Shown piece after piece: positions 9,273 through 18,730 of a stretch of DNA of 56,491 nucleotides (its first letter is position 1; each line of letters starts with the position of its first letter). Below the pieces are notes generated by a model. The model made no database searches. It worked only from the letters and a program-made list of their open reading frames with translations, and was not told the origin of the DNA. Source of the DNA: a virus. Its lineage: Duplodnaviria; Caudoviricetes. The DNA is taken from positions 1-56,491 of the IMG/VR virus record IMGVR_UViG_3300048834_000448. The stretch is one strand, 5' to 3'. The translations under genes were made by a program, and so were the position numbers.

Positions 9273-9977
9273 ATGGCTTTCCAAAACAACAACCTGTACG
9301 CGGCTGGGACGACCAACAGTGCTCAGGCCGCCGTCATCCCCACCAGCATCCAGCCCAAGACCTTCGGTGCCGGTACTGGCACCCTCGTCCCCCTTCAGCC
9401 CCTCGCCTTCAATTCCTCGACCGGCTTCTGGGTTCCTTGGGACCCTGCGGTTGTGTCTGAGGAAGCCGACCTCGGCACCACCGGCACCGTCTCGGGCGGC
9501 ACCTTCACCATCACCGTCAACGGTGAGACCACCGCAGCCATCGCATACAACGCCACCGCAGCGACCATCGCGGCTGCCCTGCTCGCGCTCGGCGGCATCG
9601 ACCCTGGCGATGTGGTTGTCACCGGCGATATGCCTTCGTCGAACATTGCTTTCGGCGGTCAGTTCGTCGGCCAGAATGTCACGACCTCGGTGAACACCGC
9701 TTCCATCTCCGGCGGCGGCGCAGTCACTCTCCTCGCGACCAACGGCGTCGCGACCAACGGCGTCAACCTTATCGCGGGCTTCCTCTGGCCCAACGAACTC
9801 GAACTCAACGCCTCCGGCGAACTCATCGAGTCCGTTCTCATGGGCGGTCGCATCCTCTTCGACTCGATCCCGATCGTGTCGGGGCTCTACACCTCCAACC
9901 AACTCGCCGCCGCCCTCAAGGGCACCAATGTCCGCAAACTCGGATTCAACATCGAGGGTCTCCCCGGCTTCAACTAA
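9273..9977 (+). CDS. Head decoration protein with an inserted beta-rich module
   Basis: Lies between protease and MCP; VPWDPA and IAGFLW flank a GGTFTITVNGETTAAIAYNA module. Confidence 0.65.
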   Translation: MAFQNNNLYAAGTTNSAQAAVIPTSIQPKTFGAGTGTLVPLQPLAFNSSTGFWVPWDPAVVSEEADLGTTGTVSGGTFTITVNGETTAAIAYNATAATIAAALLALGGIDPGDVVVTGDMPSSNIAFGGQFVGQNVTTSVNTASISGGGAVTLLATNGVATNGVNLIAGFLWPNELELNASGELIESVLMGGRILFDSIPIVSGLYTSNQLAAALKGTNVRKLGFNIEGLPGFN

Positions 9978-10026
9978 AGCCTGAAGTACCTCGTCTTCTC
10001 AAGCATTCCTTCACGGAGATTCCCTC

Positions 10027-11109
10027 ATGCCCCCGACCCCTACCGACTTCCTCAAGGTGCGCGCCATGACCGGCGCGGTCAACAAGGTTGACGCACCGAA
10101 CCAGTTCCTTCGGCGTCTGCTCTACTCCAACACCCAAGCCCTGAGTACCGAAGACATCGAGATCGCGTACTTCGAGGCTGGCCGCAAGACGGCTCCGTTC
10201 GTCTCTCGCGGTTCCGAGGCCCGTCTGCTCGAAGGCGTCGGCAGCCGTCTCGCCACCGTCGCGGCCCCGAACATGCGAGTCAAGATGGCCTTCACCGGCG
10301 ATCCGCTCCTGTTCACCCGCTACCCCGACACCAACATCTATGTGGATCAGAGCAGCGCGGCTGGTCAACTCTCCGCCGTTGGCCGGGCGATCAACCGAGA
10401 CCTCGCCTACATGGAGTCTCAGATCGTCAACACTGAGGAGTGGATGTGCTCGCAGGCCCTTCAGCAGGACATCATCTATCAGGTCGCCGACAACGACAAC
10501 TTCCGCATCACCTACCCCCGCAGCAGCGCGAACAACATCACGCTGCTCTCCGGTGAGGCGTGGGACAACGCTGACCCCACCCTGCCCCGCCCGCTGGCCA
10601 ACATCCACACCGTCAAGCGCATCATGTCCAACGCCGAGGGCTTGCAGATCACCGACGCGATCTGCGGCATCAACGCGGCCAACGCCATTCTCGAACTCGC
10701 GGAGTCCGGCAACCTCCCCGCGTTCAAGACCGACTCGGGCGTGTCCGCAGGCACCCTGACCTTCACCTCGCAGTTCGATCGCGACGGCGTGGTGTTCCTC
10801 GGCACGATGGGCGGCGTCCGCTTCTGGGAGTACAGCCGCACTGTCTCCCATAACGGCGTCACCACCTCGATGATCCGCGACGACTACATCGAGTTCGTCT
10901 CTACCTCCGCCGCTTCCGAGCGTGTCATGTACTACGGCGCGATCCCCGACATCGAGGCCATCGAAGGCCGCAAGGTCGTCGGTCGCCGCTTCGCCAAGTC
11001 TTGGGTCGAGAAAGACCCCGCCGCTCGCATCTTCCTCGTCCACACCCGCCCGCTCCCCGTCAACCGTCGCCCCGACGCTACCGTGTCCATGAAGGTCACG
11101 AATGTCTGA
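10027..11109 (+). CDS. Major capsid protein (lambda gpE-like family)
   Basis: 360 aa; APFVS, EEWMCSQAL and KSWVEKDP...TRPLP motifs; strongest codon bias. Confidence 0.9.
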   Translation: MPPTPTDFLKVRAMTGAVNKVDAPNQFLRRLLYSNTQALSTEDIEIAYFEAGRKTAPFVSRGSEARLLEGVGSRLATVAAPNMRVKMAFTGDPLLFTRYPDTNIYVDQSSAAGQLSAVGRAINRDLAYMESQIVNTEEWMCSQALQQDIIYQVADNDNFRITYPRSSANNITLLSGEAWDNADPTLPRPLANIHTVKRIMSNAEGLQITDAICGINAANAILELAESGNLPAFKTDSGVSAGTLTFTSQFDRDGVVFLGTMGGVRFWEYSRTVSHNGVTTSMIRDDYIEFVSTSAASERVMYYGAIPDIEAIEGRKVVGRRFAKSWVEKDPAARIFLVHTRPLPVNRRPDATVSMKVTNV

Positions 11110-11128
11110 TCGTCTGTTGCTCTCGTCG

Positions 11129-11162
11129 GGTCGCCCGGTCAGAAGTGACCGGGCGGCCTTTT
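11129..11162 (+). terminator. Intrinsic terminator after the MCP gene
   Basis: GGTCGCCCGGTCA-GAAG-TGACCGGGCGGCC-TTTT. Confidence 0.8.
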
Positions 11163-11192
11163 CCTGAACCTTTCAATGCACGGAGCAAAAGC

Positions 11193-11717
11193 ATGTCCAA
11201 GATCCAGTATGAAGTCTCTCCCGGCCACTCGCTGCTTATCGGAAATAAGCAGGAGACCATCGCCGCACGCGGTTCTGATCGTCTTCTCGTCGGTCCAGCC
11301 CTCATTCCCGAGGGCATCCTGAGCGAGAAGGACATCAAGAACAAACTCGCCTCAGGTGCTATCCGCCCGAAGGGCATGGAGGCGTATGACCCTCGCCGCG
11401 CTGAACTCCTCGTCGGCCACACCACCGACCTCAGCAAGGGCGAGGCCCCGCTGCGAGTCACCGAGCAGAAGGGTACCGACGCCCCCAAGACCACGACCCT
11501 CCCCAAGGTCAACTCGAAGCCGTCGAACTGGATTCTTGATCCTGAGAAGATCAAGGACAAGACCCTCGACGAACTGCTCGTGATGATCTCGGATCGCACC
11601 GACTCGGACGAAGAGATCGAGGCGACCCGTGGGTTCACTCAGGAGGAAGCCGTCCAGTGGCTCTCTCAGGACTTCTCTCGTACCTCCCCGGCCCTTCGCC
11701 TCGCTCGCAAGGACTGA
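11193..11717 (+). CDS. Hypothetical protein (head module)
   Basis: SD GGAG; codon bias; position. Confidence 0.65.
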   Translation: MSKIQYEVSPGHSLLIGNKQETIAARGSDRLLVGPALIPEGILSEKDIKNKLASGAIRPKGMEAYDPRRAELLVGHTTDLSKGEAPLRVTEQKGTDAPKTTTLPKVNSKPSNWILDPEKIKDKTLDELLVMISDRTDSDEEIEATRGFTQEEAVQWLSQDFSRTSPALRLARKD

Positions 11718-11723
11718 TCGCTC

Positions 11724-12248
11724 ATGGCCACCGCCCCGCTCTTCAACACGCTCGAAGTTCTGAAGGCAGGCTTGCGTCTGTCCGGTGCAACACAACCGGA
11801 CTTTGACGCGATACTCGACCGCACCTTGCTAGAGGTGCGCGTCGGTTTCTACGACAAGTTGGGTGAGTCATTGATCTCATCCATCCTCACTACAACGCTC
11901 GTTGCTTCGCCCACCACCCCGGCGCAGATCGCTCGAACCAAGGCTTCGATCGTCGAGGTGCTCTGGGCGAAGTATTTCCTGCTGCTCGAACTCCCCACCA
12001 TGTTCATGGACTCTTCGGGGCAGGCCGAGCAGGTCTGGAACCAAGAGGGCCTCATCAGGGAGAGCACCACCAGCAAGACCAACAAGTTGCGGGAAGACCT
12101 CTCTGCCCGCATCGACATGATGCTCGACGAACTCTCTGGCATCGCAACTACAGGAGGCGTTCGTGCAACCACAATCGAGCCCGGCCCACCTGATCCTCTC
12201 CGTCCCCGGGAATCAATTTCTCTCTTTAGAACTCACAACCTCACATGA
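11724..12248 (+). CDS. Putative head-tail adaptor
   Basis: Size and synteny; SD AAGGA. Confidence 0.5.
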   Translation: MATAPLFNTLEVLKAGLRLSGATQPDFDAILDRTLLEVRVGFYDKLGESLISSILTTTLVASPTTPAQIARTKASIVEVLWAKYFLLLELPTMFMDSSGQAEQVWNQEGLIRESTTSKTNKLREDLSARIDMMLDELSGIATTGGVRATTIEPGPPDPLRPRESISLFRTHNLT

Positions 12249-12691
12249 GTCAAAGACTTCGTATTCAAGCCGCCGTCGTAGAGACTCTCAGAGCCACTAC
12301 TTTCCCCGTCGTCGTGTACGCGAGCGACGGGACGCCTTCAACCACCGTGGTGGAGGACACGACGGAAACCTTGGTCGAGACCCCTATTCTTCCGATCCTG
12401 TGCAATGAAGTGTCCAGCATCTTCGAGGAAGACCTGCTCTACAAGCGGGGCGTGAAAGACAAGAAGAACAGTTGGACCTTCGAGGTCCGCCTTCGCTTCA
12501 ACCGGGAAGTGCTGCTGGAAGACTTCGAGGAGGCGTGGATTGCTCGCCCCTACACCCTGCCTGCCGAAGGCGACCTGCCTCCCGTGACCCTCAGACTTCA
12601 GACCGCAGAAATCGAGCACCCCGTCCAGCAGGGCGGGACAAACGGCACCATCGCAAAATACACCTTCGAGGCCGAGCAAGGCCGAGGATAA
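12245..12691 (+). CDS. Putative tail terminator/completion protein
   Basis: 148 aa directly before the tail tube gene; ATGA overlap. Confidence 0.5.
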   Translation: MSQRLRIQAAVVETLRATTFPVVVYASDGTPSTTVVEDTTETLVETPILPILCNEVSSIFEEDLLYKRGVKDKKNSWTFEVRLRFNREVLLEDFEEAWIARPYTLPAEGDLPPVTLRLQTAEIEHPVQQGGTNGTIAKYTFEAEQGRG

Positions 12692-12709
12692 CTTTCAGGA
12701 GACTCATCC

Positions 12710-13534
12710 ATGCCCGGCAGAAACCAAACTGGCGTTCCCAACACCGAAGACTACACCCTTGGCAGAGGCATCGTGCTCTTTGCCCCTCTGGTCAGCAACA
12801 TCCCCGGCGCGTACCGAGACCTCGGCAACGCTCCCGAGTTCAACATCTCGATCGAGACCGAGACGGTCGAGCACCAGTCCTCACGACAGGGCCTCCGAGT
12901 CGTGGACAAGGAAGTGGTGATCTCGCAGAAACTCAGCCTCAGTCTGACGCTCGACGAGTTGAACCACGAGAACCTCGCCCTCGTGTTCTCCGGCGAATCG
13001 ACCACCTTCACGAACCCGGCCATCGCAGGCTTCGCCGAGCACGAGATGATCGCGGCTGTCGAACTCGGTCGCCACTACGACATCAAGAACGCCGCAGGTG
13101 CTCGCGCGTACGATGTGCTCACCGCCGATCTCCTCGTCGAGAACGCCGACACCCCTGGCGTGCTCGTGGAGAACACCGACTACACCCTCGATTCGGCCAC
13201 CGGCACGCTCTTCTTCCTGTCGAGCGCGACAGGCATCTCAGCGGGCGAGGCCGTGGATGTCACCCTCACCGCCCGCCCCGCCGCAGGCACCGTCGATGAG
13301 GTTCGCGGCCTCTCCACCTCTGCGGTGGTCGGTGCCCTCAAGTTCATCTCGATCAACCCCGCCAACGCGGATAAGAAGGTCGAGTACCAGTTCCACCAGG
13401 TCTCTCTCAAGCCCACCGGCGACTTCTCGCTCATCAGCGACGAGTTCACCACCATGACCCTCGAAGGTGCCGCCGAGCGCAACCTGATCGCCAGCCCGCT
13501 CTCGCCGACCCTGACCGTCCGCACGGTCGTCTAA
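12710..13534 (+). CDS. Major tail tube protein
   Basis: YTLGRG, RDLGNAPEF and LKPTGDFSLISDEF motifs; SD AGGAG. Confidence 0.85.
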   Translation: MPGRNQTGVPNTEDYTLGRGIVLFAPLVSNIPGAYRDLGNAPEFNISIETETVEHQSSRQGLRVVDKEVVISQKLSLSLTLDELNHENLALVFSGESTTFTNPAIAGFAEHEMIAAVELGRHYDIKNAAGARAYDVLTADLLVENADTPGVLVENTDYTLDSATGTLFFLSSATGISAGEAVDVTLTARPAAGTVDEVRGLSTSAVVGALKFISINPANADKKVEYQFHQVSLKPTGDFSLISDEFTTMTLEGAAERNLIASPLSPTLTVRTVV

Positions 13535-13596
13535 CACCCCTACAATTTCCGGTCCCTTTATTGGGATCGGATTTTTTCACCCAAAGGAGCAGACAG

Positions 13597-14268
13597 ATGA
13601 GCAGTTGGAAAGACAAGTTGAACTTCGGCGAGCCCACGAGCATCGAGCACGAGATCGCTCCCGGCAAGAGCGTCAAGTTCTTCCCCGTGAGCGTGAAGAC
13701 GCTCTTCAAGATGCAGGCGTTCATCAAGCCGCTGAGCAAGGCTCTTGTGGCTCTCACATCCGACAACAGCCGTGACGCTGGCCGGATGATGAGGGATATC
13801 GGCCAGCCGTTTCTCCTGCCCAACGGCAGGCCCTTCGAGCAGACAATGCCCGACGGCAGCAAGTCCGTGCTCCGCGACACCGAGACCATCATCGAGGCGA
13901 TCACTCCCGAACTCGCCGCCCTGCGGGACGGCCAGAAGTCCAAGGCCGTCGAGGAACTCGTCGAGGCCCTGATGCTCGACAGCAACCTCAAATCGCTCGC
14001 GGAGATCGTCACCGACTCCATGCGGTTCGACAAGGGCACCGCCCCGCCGCCCGATGAGATACTGGACCAATTGCCCTTCCCGGTGTTCTGCGAGTGCGTG
14101 GTCGGTGTCATCAAGGCCAACAAGGGAGTGTTCGAGCCCCTGGGAAAACTGATGGCCCCGACGCTCGAAAGAATTCAGGCAAGCGTCGGCCAGCGGGTAG
14201 GCGACCGGGCCGAGGGTCCGAGCCTGAAGATCAATCAGGATGGCGAGACCTCTCCGACACCCTCGTAA
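13597..14268 (+). CDS. Tail assembly chaperone (gpG-like)
   Basis: Lies between tube and tape measure; SD AAGGAG; contains G GGA AAA slippery site. Confidence 0.7.
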   Translation: MSSWKDKLNFGEPTSIEHEIAPGKSVKFFPVSVKTLFKMQAFIKPLSKALVALTSDNSRDAGRMMRDIGQPFLLPNGRPFEQTMPDGSKSVLRDTETIIEAITPELAALRDGQKSKAVEELVEALMLDSNLKSLAEIVTDSMRFDKGTAPPPDEILDQLPFPVFCECVVGVIKANKGVFEPLGKLMAPTLERIQASVGQRVGDRAEGPSLKINQDGETSPTPS

Positions 14269-14516
14269 TGCTGGCCGAAAGAGGCCATGCTATGGAATGG
14301 CTTCTTGACCTCGATGTGAAGTCCTTTTGGGCTCTCTCCAAATCTTCTGAAAGGGTCAATGCGGCTAACACGATTCAGCAAACCTTGGGCCTTCGAGTCG
14401 CTTCGCAGGGAACGGCCAAGGTGCTGAAAGACTGGCTCAAGCCATTCAGAGAAAAGGTGGAAGTCGCAGGTGACTCTGCAAGAGACTTCCTCAGCAAGTT
14501 CGGAGAGGGATTCTAA
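14142..14516 (+). CDS. Tail assembly chaperone gpT-like extension reached by -1 frameshift
   Basis: Open -1 frame from GGGAAAA (14142-14148) to a stop abutting the TMP start. Confidence 0.65.
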   Translation, partial: GKTDGPDARKNSGKRRPAGRRPGRGSEPEDQSGWRDLSDTLVMLAERGHAMEWLLDLDVKSFWALSKSSERVNAANTIQQTLGLRVASQGTAKVLKDWLKPFREKVEVAGDSARDFLSKFGEGF

Positions 14517-17500
14517 TGACTATCGACCGTGGCGGCCTTGATTACCCGATCATCGTCAGAGACAAATTCGCCAAGCCGCTCGATCGCTTCATCGCGAAGA
14601 TCGACAAGGCGAGAGCGTCCTACGACAGGTTCAAGGCTTCCACGGTCGATGTTGCTTCTTCGGCTGGCGTCGAGAAACTCAACACCGCTGCCGAGAAAAC
14701 CGACAAGTCGATGTCGAAGTTGTCTCGGTCCTCGACGCAACTCTCGCAGAGCACCAAGCAACTCACCCGTCAGGAAGAGAATAGACGCCGGGGCATCGAA
14801 CGACTGAACAAGGAGGCCCGCACCCGCGAGGTCTCCGAGCAGCGGGCACTCGTCTCCGCTCGTCGCCAGTTCCAGTTCCAGCGTCAGACCGCCTCCGCTC
14901 TCCGCGCCCGCGTGGCCGCCGAGGAGCAGGTCACTCGCGTCATCGACCGCAAGGCCCAGCGTGAGCAGGTCTACCGCGTCCTTCAGGAACGCGGGCTCGC
15001 GACCGACAAGAAGATCCGGCAGGAACTCGGCCTGCTCACCACGGCGGAGAAGCGGCTGCAAGCCGCCCAGCGTCAGCGTCGGTCGGTCGTCGATTCGCTC
15101 CGCAAGGCGCAGGCCGAGGCGAGCAACCAGAGAATCCGCCAGATCCGCGCCGAGACTCAGGCCCTCAACATCCTCAACCGAGCGAAGATCACCGAGGCGA
15201 GGAACGACATCCTCCGCGCCCGTGGTCGCGAAGACCTGATCCCTGGTGCTCGCCGAGCGTCCGCCGTCGAGACGCCTCAGAAGACCATCACGCTCTTCGA
15301 TCGGCTGAAGGCCCGACTGTCCGACACCGACAACCAAGCCAACCGCGTGGCGTTCACCTTCCGCCGCCTCTTCGGCATCCTCGCGGCCTTCACGATCGCC
15401 CGTCAGGCCGTCGCCGCGTTCGCAGGGTCCGTCCGCTCCCTCGTGGACGCGAGTGCTCAGATCGAGACCACGGCCCTGGGCATCGCCTCGGTGCTCGTGT
15501 CGGTCGCTGACATCCGGGACGCCAGCGGCGCGGCGGTGGATGCCGTCAAGGGCCTCGCGATCGCTCAGGGCGAGGCTCGGCGTCAGACCCAGTTGCTCCG
15601 CAAGGACGCCCTTGCCACGACCGCTACCTTCGAGGAACTCGTCGAGGCGTTTCAGGTCGGCCTTGCCCCCGGCCTGCGGTCGGGCCTCGATGTGGATCAG
15701 ATCCGCGTCTTCACCCGCCAGATCTCCTTGGCCGCCGCTGCCATCGGTCTCGAACAGCGTCAGTTGGCCGAAGAAATCCGCTCGATCCTCGGCGGCACGA
15801 TCAGCACCCGCAACACCCGCATCGCCACGGCCCTCGGCATCACGAACGACGAGATCCGTCAGGCCCGCCAGACCGGCACACTCTTTGAGTTCTTGCAGGA
15901 ACGCTTCAAGGGCTTCGATGCCGCAGGTGCTCAGGCAGCCGACACCTTCCGAGGTCTTGTCGGTCGCGTGCGAGACGGCTTCCGCCTGCTGCTCGCGGAA
16001 GGCGGCGTTGACTTCTTCGAGGAGATCAAGAACACTCTCAGAGACTCTCTGAATGCCGTTCAGTCTCTCAATGCCTCTACAGGCGAACTGCAACTCAACC
16101 CCGTCTTCGTCGAGGCTGTGCGTCTGGTCACGAACGGCCTGAAGAACGCCGTTTCCGAGTTCCGCGAGTTCACTTCTTCCATTGGAAGTTCCGAGTTGGT
16201 GGCATTCGCCAAAGAAGTGGGAGGGGCTTTCTCTCTCACCGCCTCACTCATCAGCACAATCGTGCAAGGAGTCGTGCAGGGCCTTCGCGTAGCGGGCAGA
16301 TTGGTCTCAGGTATTCGTCGGGCGGTCAGAATTGTTTCTGATCTGTTCCAGTTCGACACCGGCAATTTCGAGTTCATCCTGAAGACCCTGATCTCCATCG
16401 CCACTGTGGCCACGGCCATCAACGCTGTCTTCTTCATTGCGGCCCTCCCGCTGAAGGCCATCGTGCTCGCGGTCTCTACGATCCAGGGCGTGCTCTCCGC
16501 CATCATTCCGCTGGTATCTCTGCTGGCCAGAGGCGTGGCCCTTGTCGGCGTGGCCGCCGCCGCGAACCCGATCATCCTGATCCTCACCGTGGTCTTGGGT
16601 CTCGTGGCTTTCCTTGCTTACCAGTTCGGCCTCCTCGACGGAGTGCTCCGTACTGTCGGCAAGACTATCAACAATGTCTTCTCTTCTGCTGAGAAGAAAG
16701 TCACTACCCTCATCGGCAAAGTGACCAAGGAGACGGAAGTTGGCCTTGAGGGCATCATCCTCAACACGAGTCAGGCCCTCGACAAGATCGGCGACAAGGT
16801 TGCCGAACTCTTCAACGACATCCGCAATCTCTCCGAGCAGACGAGCATTGAGTTCGTCTTCGACGCCCAGTTCAACTTCGACTCCCCGTTCATCCGCATC
16901 GCCAACGACCTCCGCAAGGCCAGAAAACTTGAATCCGACCTGCGAAGAGAGGCCGATCAGGAGGCTCAGTCTTCTTTTGAGTCTTTCGTTGATTTGCAAA
17001 CGAGAGCAAACCGGATCTCCCGAGAACTTGCCACCGCAGGTTTCGGCAAGCCTGACTTGGAGACCGCTCAGGCGTTGCTCGAACTTGAGAAGGGTCGTCT
17101 CAAGCAGTTCAAGGATATCGAGACCGTAATTGACAGCCTGCGGGCCAAACTCACGGAGACCTCCGACCTCTCTGTGCTCGGGAAATTCCCTACGGGGCAA
17201 GAGATCTTGGATCTCAGAAAGAGGGACGAACTCCAAAAGGATCAGACCAGAAGCCTGATTGCACAGTTGGAGGTCAAGAAGGATCTTCTGAAAGCAGACG
17301 CGGACAGGGCAAGAATCAACGAACTCTTGCTCTCGGAATTCATCCGTGCCGAAGGCGGTGCCAGGGCCGCCAGAGATCAGGACAAGAAGGCGGTGGAGGC
17401 TCGCCTCTCCCTTGAGGGCGCGTTGCTGGCCAACGCTATCGCTCGCTCCCGCGTCGAACTTCAGACGGCCAACAATACCCTCCGGGAGGAACTGGCCCGT

Positions 17501-18727
17501 GAGAATGCCGTCAACCTTCGCTCCCGCGAACTGACTCTGGCCCGACTGTCGAACGACTTCGCCTCGGAGCGTCTGATCCTTGCTCAGCAGGCGGTGAATG
17601 CCGCTCAGTTCGAGACGGACATCCGCCTCGCGGGGCTTCAGGCTTCTCTCGATCAGACCGAAGCATCCCTCGCCCTCACCCAGTCCGAGATCGGTCGTCT
17701 CAAGGCACTCGAAGCGTCAGGCGATCTCGTAGATGGGCAGGCCCAAGCACTTCAGCAGGCAATCTTCTTCGAGCAGCAATTGCTCGAAAGCCGCACGCTC
17801 CTGAACGATCAGATCGAACTCACGAAGATGAAGACCGCCGAGCAGAACCTTCTGCTCGAAGAACAACTCCGCTTCCAGCAGTTGGCCGTCGCCAACCCCA
17901 TCGGTGCGGCGTTCGTTGACAGTCTCGCTCAATCCTTCGCCGATGCGTCGGACCTCTTCACTCGCTTCCGCGACATCTTCCTCTCCGGCGTCAACGGCCT
18001 CGCCGAGGAGATCTCCTCCGCCATCGTGGATGCCTTCGACCCAGGGGCGGACACCAGCATCCGCGAGCGTCTGGCCTCCTTCCTGCGGGGCATCGCCCAG
18101 CAGATCATCGCGACGCTGCTTCAGATCGCCATCACCGCCGCGATCCTCAACGCTCTCTCGGGCGGCATCCTCGGCGCAACGATCGGCTCGTTCGCCGGGC
18201 AGGCCCTCGGTCGAGGGTTCAACGACGGCGGGCCGATCACCTCCGCCGACAGGCCCAAGGCCCAGCGTCGTCACCTGTCGCACGCCCGTGCTCGCGGCTA
18301 CGCCAGCGGCGGGATGCCCGGTCGTCCGAAGAACCTCCACCCGAGCGACAAGATCCCCATCTGGACCGCCGCGAACGAGTGGGTCATCAGGGCGAAGAGC
18401 GCGGCGAAGGCTGGCTGGGACGCGATGAGCGTCATCAACAACGGGAACTTCGAGGCCCCGCTGCTCCGCGCCGCTCTTGGGCTCTCGTCCTCCCCCGTCG
18501 CAGGGGCCGCTGTGGCCGCTTCCCGTGGCCCTGGCTTCGCGGACGGGGGAAGAATCGCCCCCGCCGCCGCAGACCGAGGGGTGGGCTCTGGTGCCCCGAG
18601 CGTGGTAGGGGCCGTGGTTGCCCCCACGAACGAGAACTTCTCGCGTATGCTTGAGGGTGGGTCGGCAGCGATGCGGCAGTTTGTCATCGAGCACGCTGAA
18701 GAATTCCGCTCTTGGATCGGAGTCTGA
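14516..18727 (+). CDS. Tape measure protein
   Basis: 1403 aa, Ala/Leu-rich helical, central hydrophobic segments, C-terminal F/YAxGG and NEWVI motifs. Confidence 0.92.
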   Translation: MTIDRGGLDYPIIVRDKFAKPLDRFIAKIDKARASYDRFKASTVDVASSAGVEKLNTAAEKTDKSMSKLSRSSTQLSQSTKQLTRQEENRRRGIERLNKEARTREVSEQRALVSARRQFQFQRQTASALRARVAAEEQVTRVIDRKAQREQVYRVLQERGLATDKKIRQELGLLTTAEKRLQAAQRQRRSVVDSLRKAQAEASNQRIRQIRAETQALNILNRAKITEARNDILRARGREDLIPGARRASAVETPQKTITLFDRLKARLSDTDNQANRVAFTFRRLFGILAAFTIARQAVAAFAGSVRSLVDASAQIETTALGIASVLVSVADIRDASGAAVDAVKGLAIAQGEARRQTQLLRKDALATTATFEELVEAFQVGLAPGLRSGLDVDQIRVFTRQISLAAAAIGLEQRQLAEEIRSILGGTISTRNTRIATALGITNDEIRQARQTGTLFEFLQERFKGFDAAGAQAADTFRGLVGRVRDGFRLLLAEGGVDFFEEIKNTLRDSLNAVQSLNASTGELQLNPVFVEAVRLVTNGLKNAVSEFREFTSSIGSSELVAFAKEVGGAFSLTASLISTIVQGVVQGLRVAGRLVSGIRRAVRIVSDLFQFDTGNFEFILKTLISIATVATAINAVFFIAALPLKAIVLAVSTIQGVLSAIIPLVSLLARGVALVGVAAAANPIILILTVVLGLVAFLAYQFGLLDGVLRTVGKTINNVFSSAEKKVTTLIGKVTKETEVGLEGIILNTSQALDKIGDKVAELFNDIRNLSEQTSIEFVFDAQFNFDSPFIRIANDLRKARKLESDLRREADQEAQSSFESFVDLQTRANRISRELATAGFGKPDLETAQALLELEKGRLKQFKDIETVIDSLRAKLTETSDLSVLGKFPTGQEILDLRKRDELQKDQTRSLIAQLEVKKDLLKADADRARINELLLSEFIRAEGGARAARDQDKKAVEARLSLEGALLANAIARSRVELQTANNTLREELARENAVNLRSRELTLARLSNDFASERLILAQQAVNAAQFETDIRLAGLQASLDQTEASLALTQSEIGRLKALEASGDLVDGQAQALQQAIFFEQQLLESRTLLNDQIELTKMKTAEQNLLLEEQLRFQQLAVANPIGAAFVDSLAQSFADASDLFTRFRDIFLSGVNGLAEEISSAIVDAFDPGADTSIRERLASFLRGIAQQIIATLLQIAITAAILNALSGGILGATIGSFAGQALGRGFNDGGPITSADRPKAQRRHLSHARARGYASGGMPGRPKNLHPSDKIPIWTAANEWVIRAKSAAKAGWDAMSVINNGNFEAPLLRAALGLSSSPVAGAAVAASRGPGFADGGRIAPAAADRGVGSGAPSVVGAVVAPTNENFSRMLEGGSAAMRQFVIEHAEEFRSWIGV

Positions 18728-18730
18728 TAG

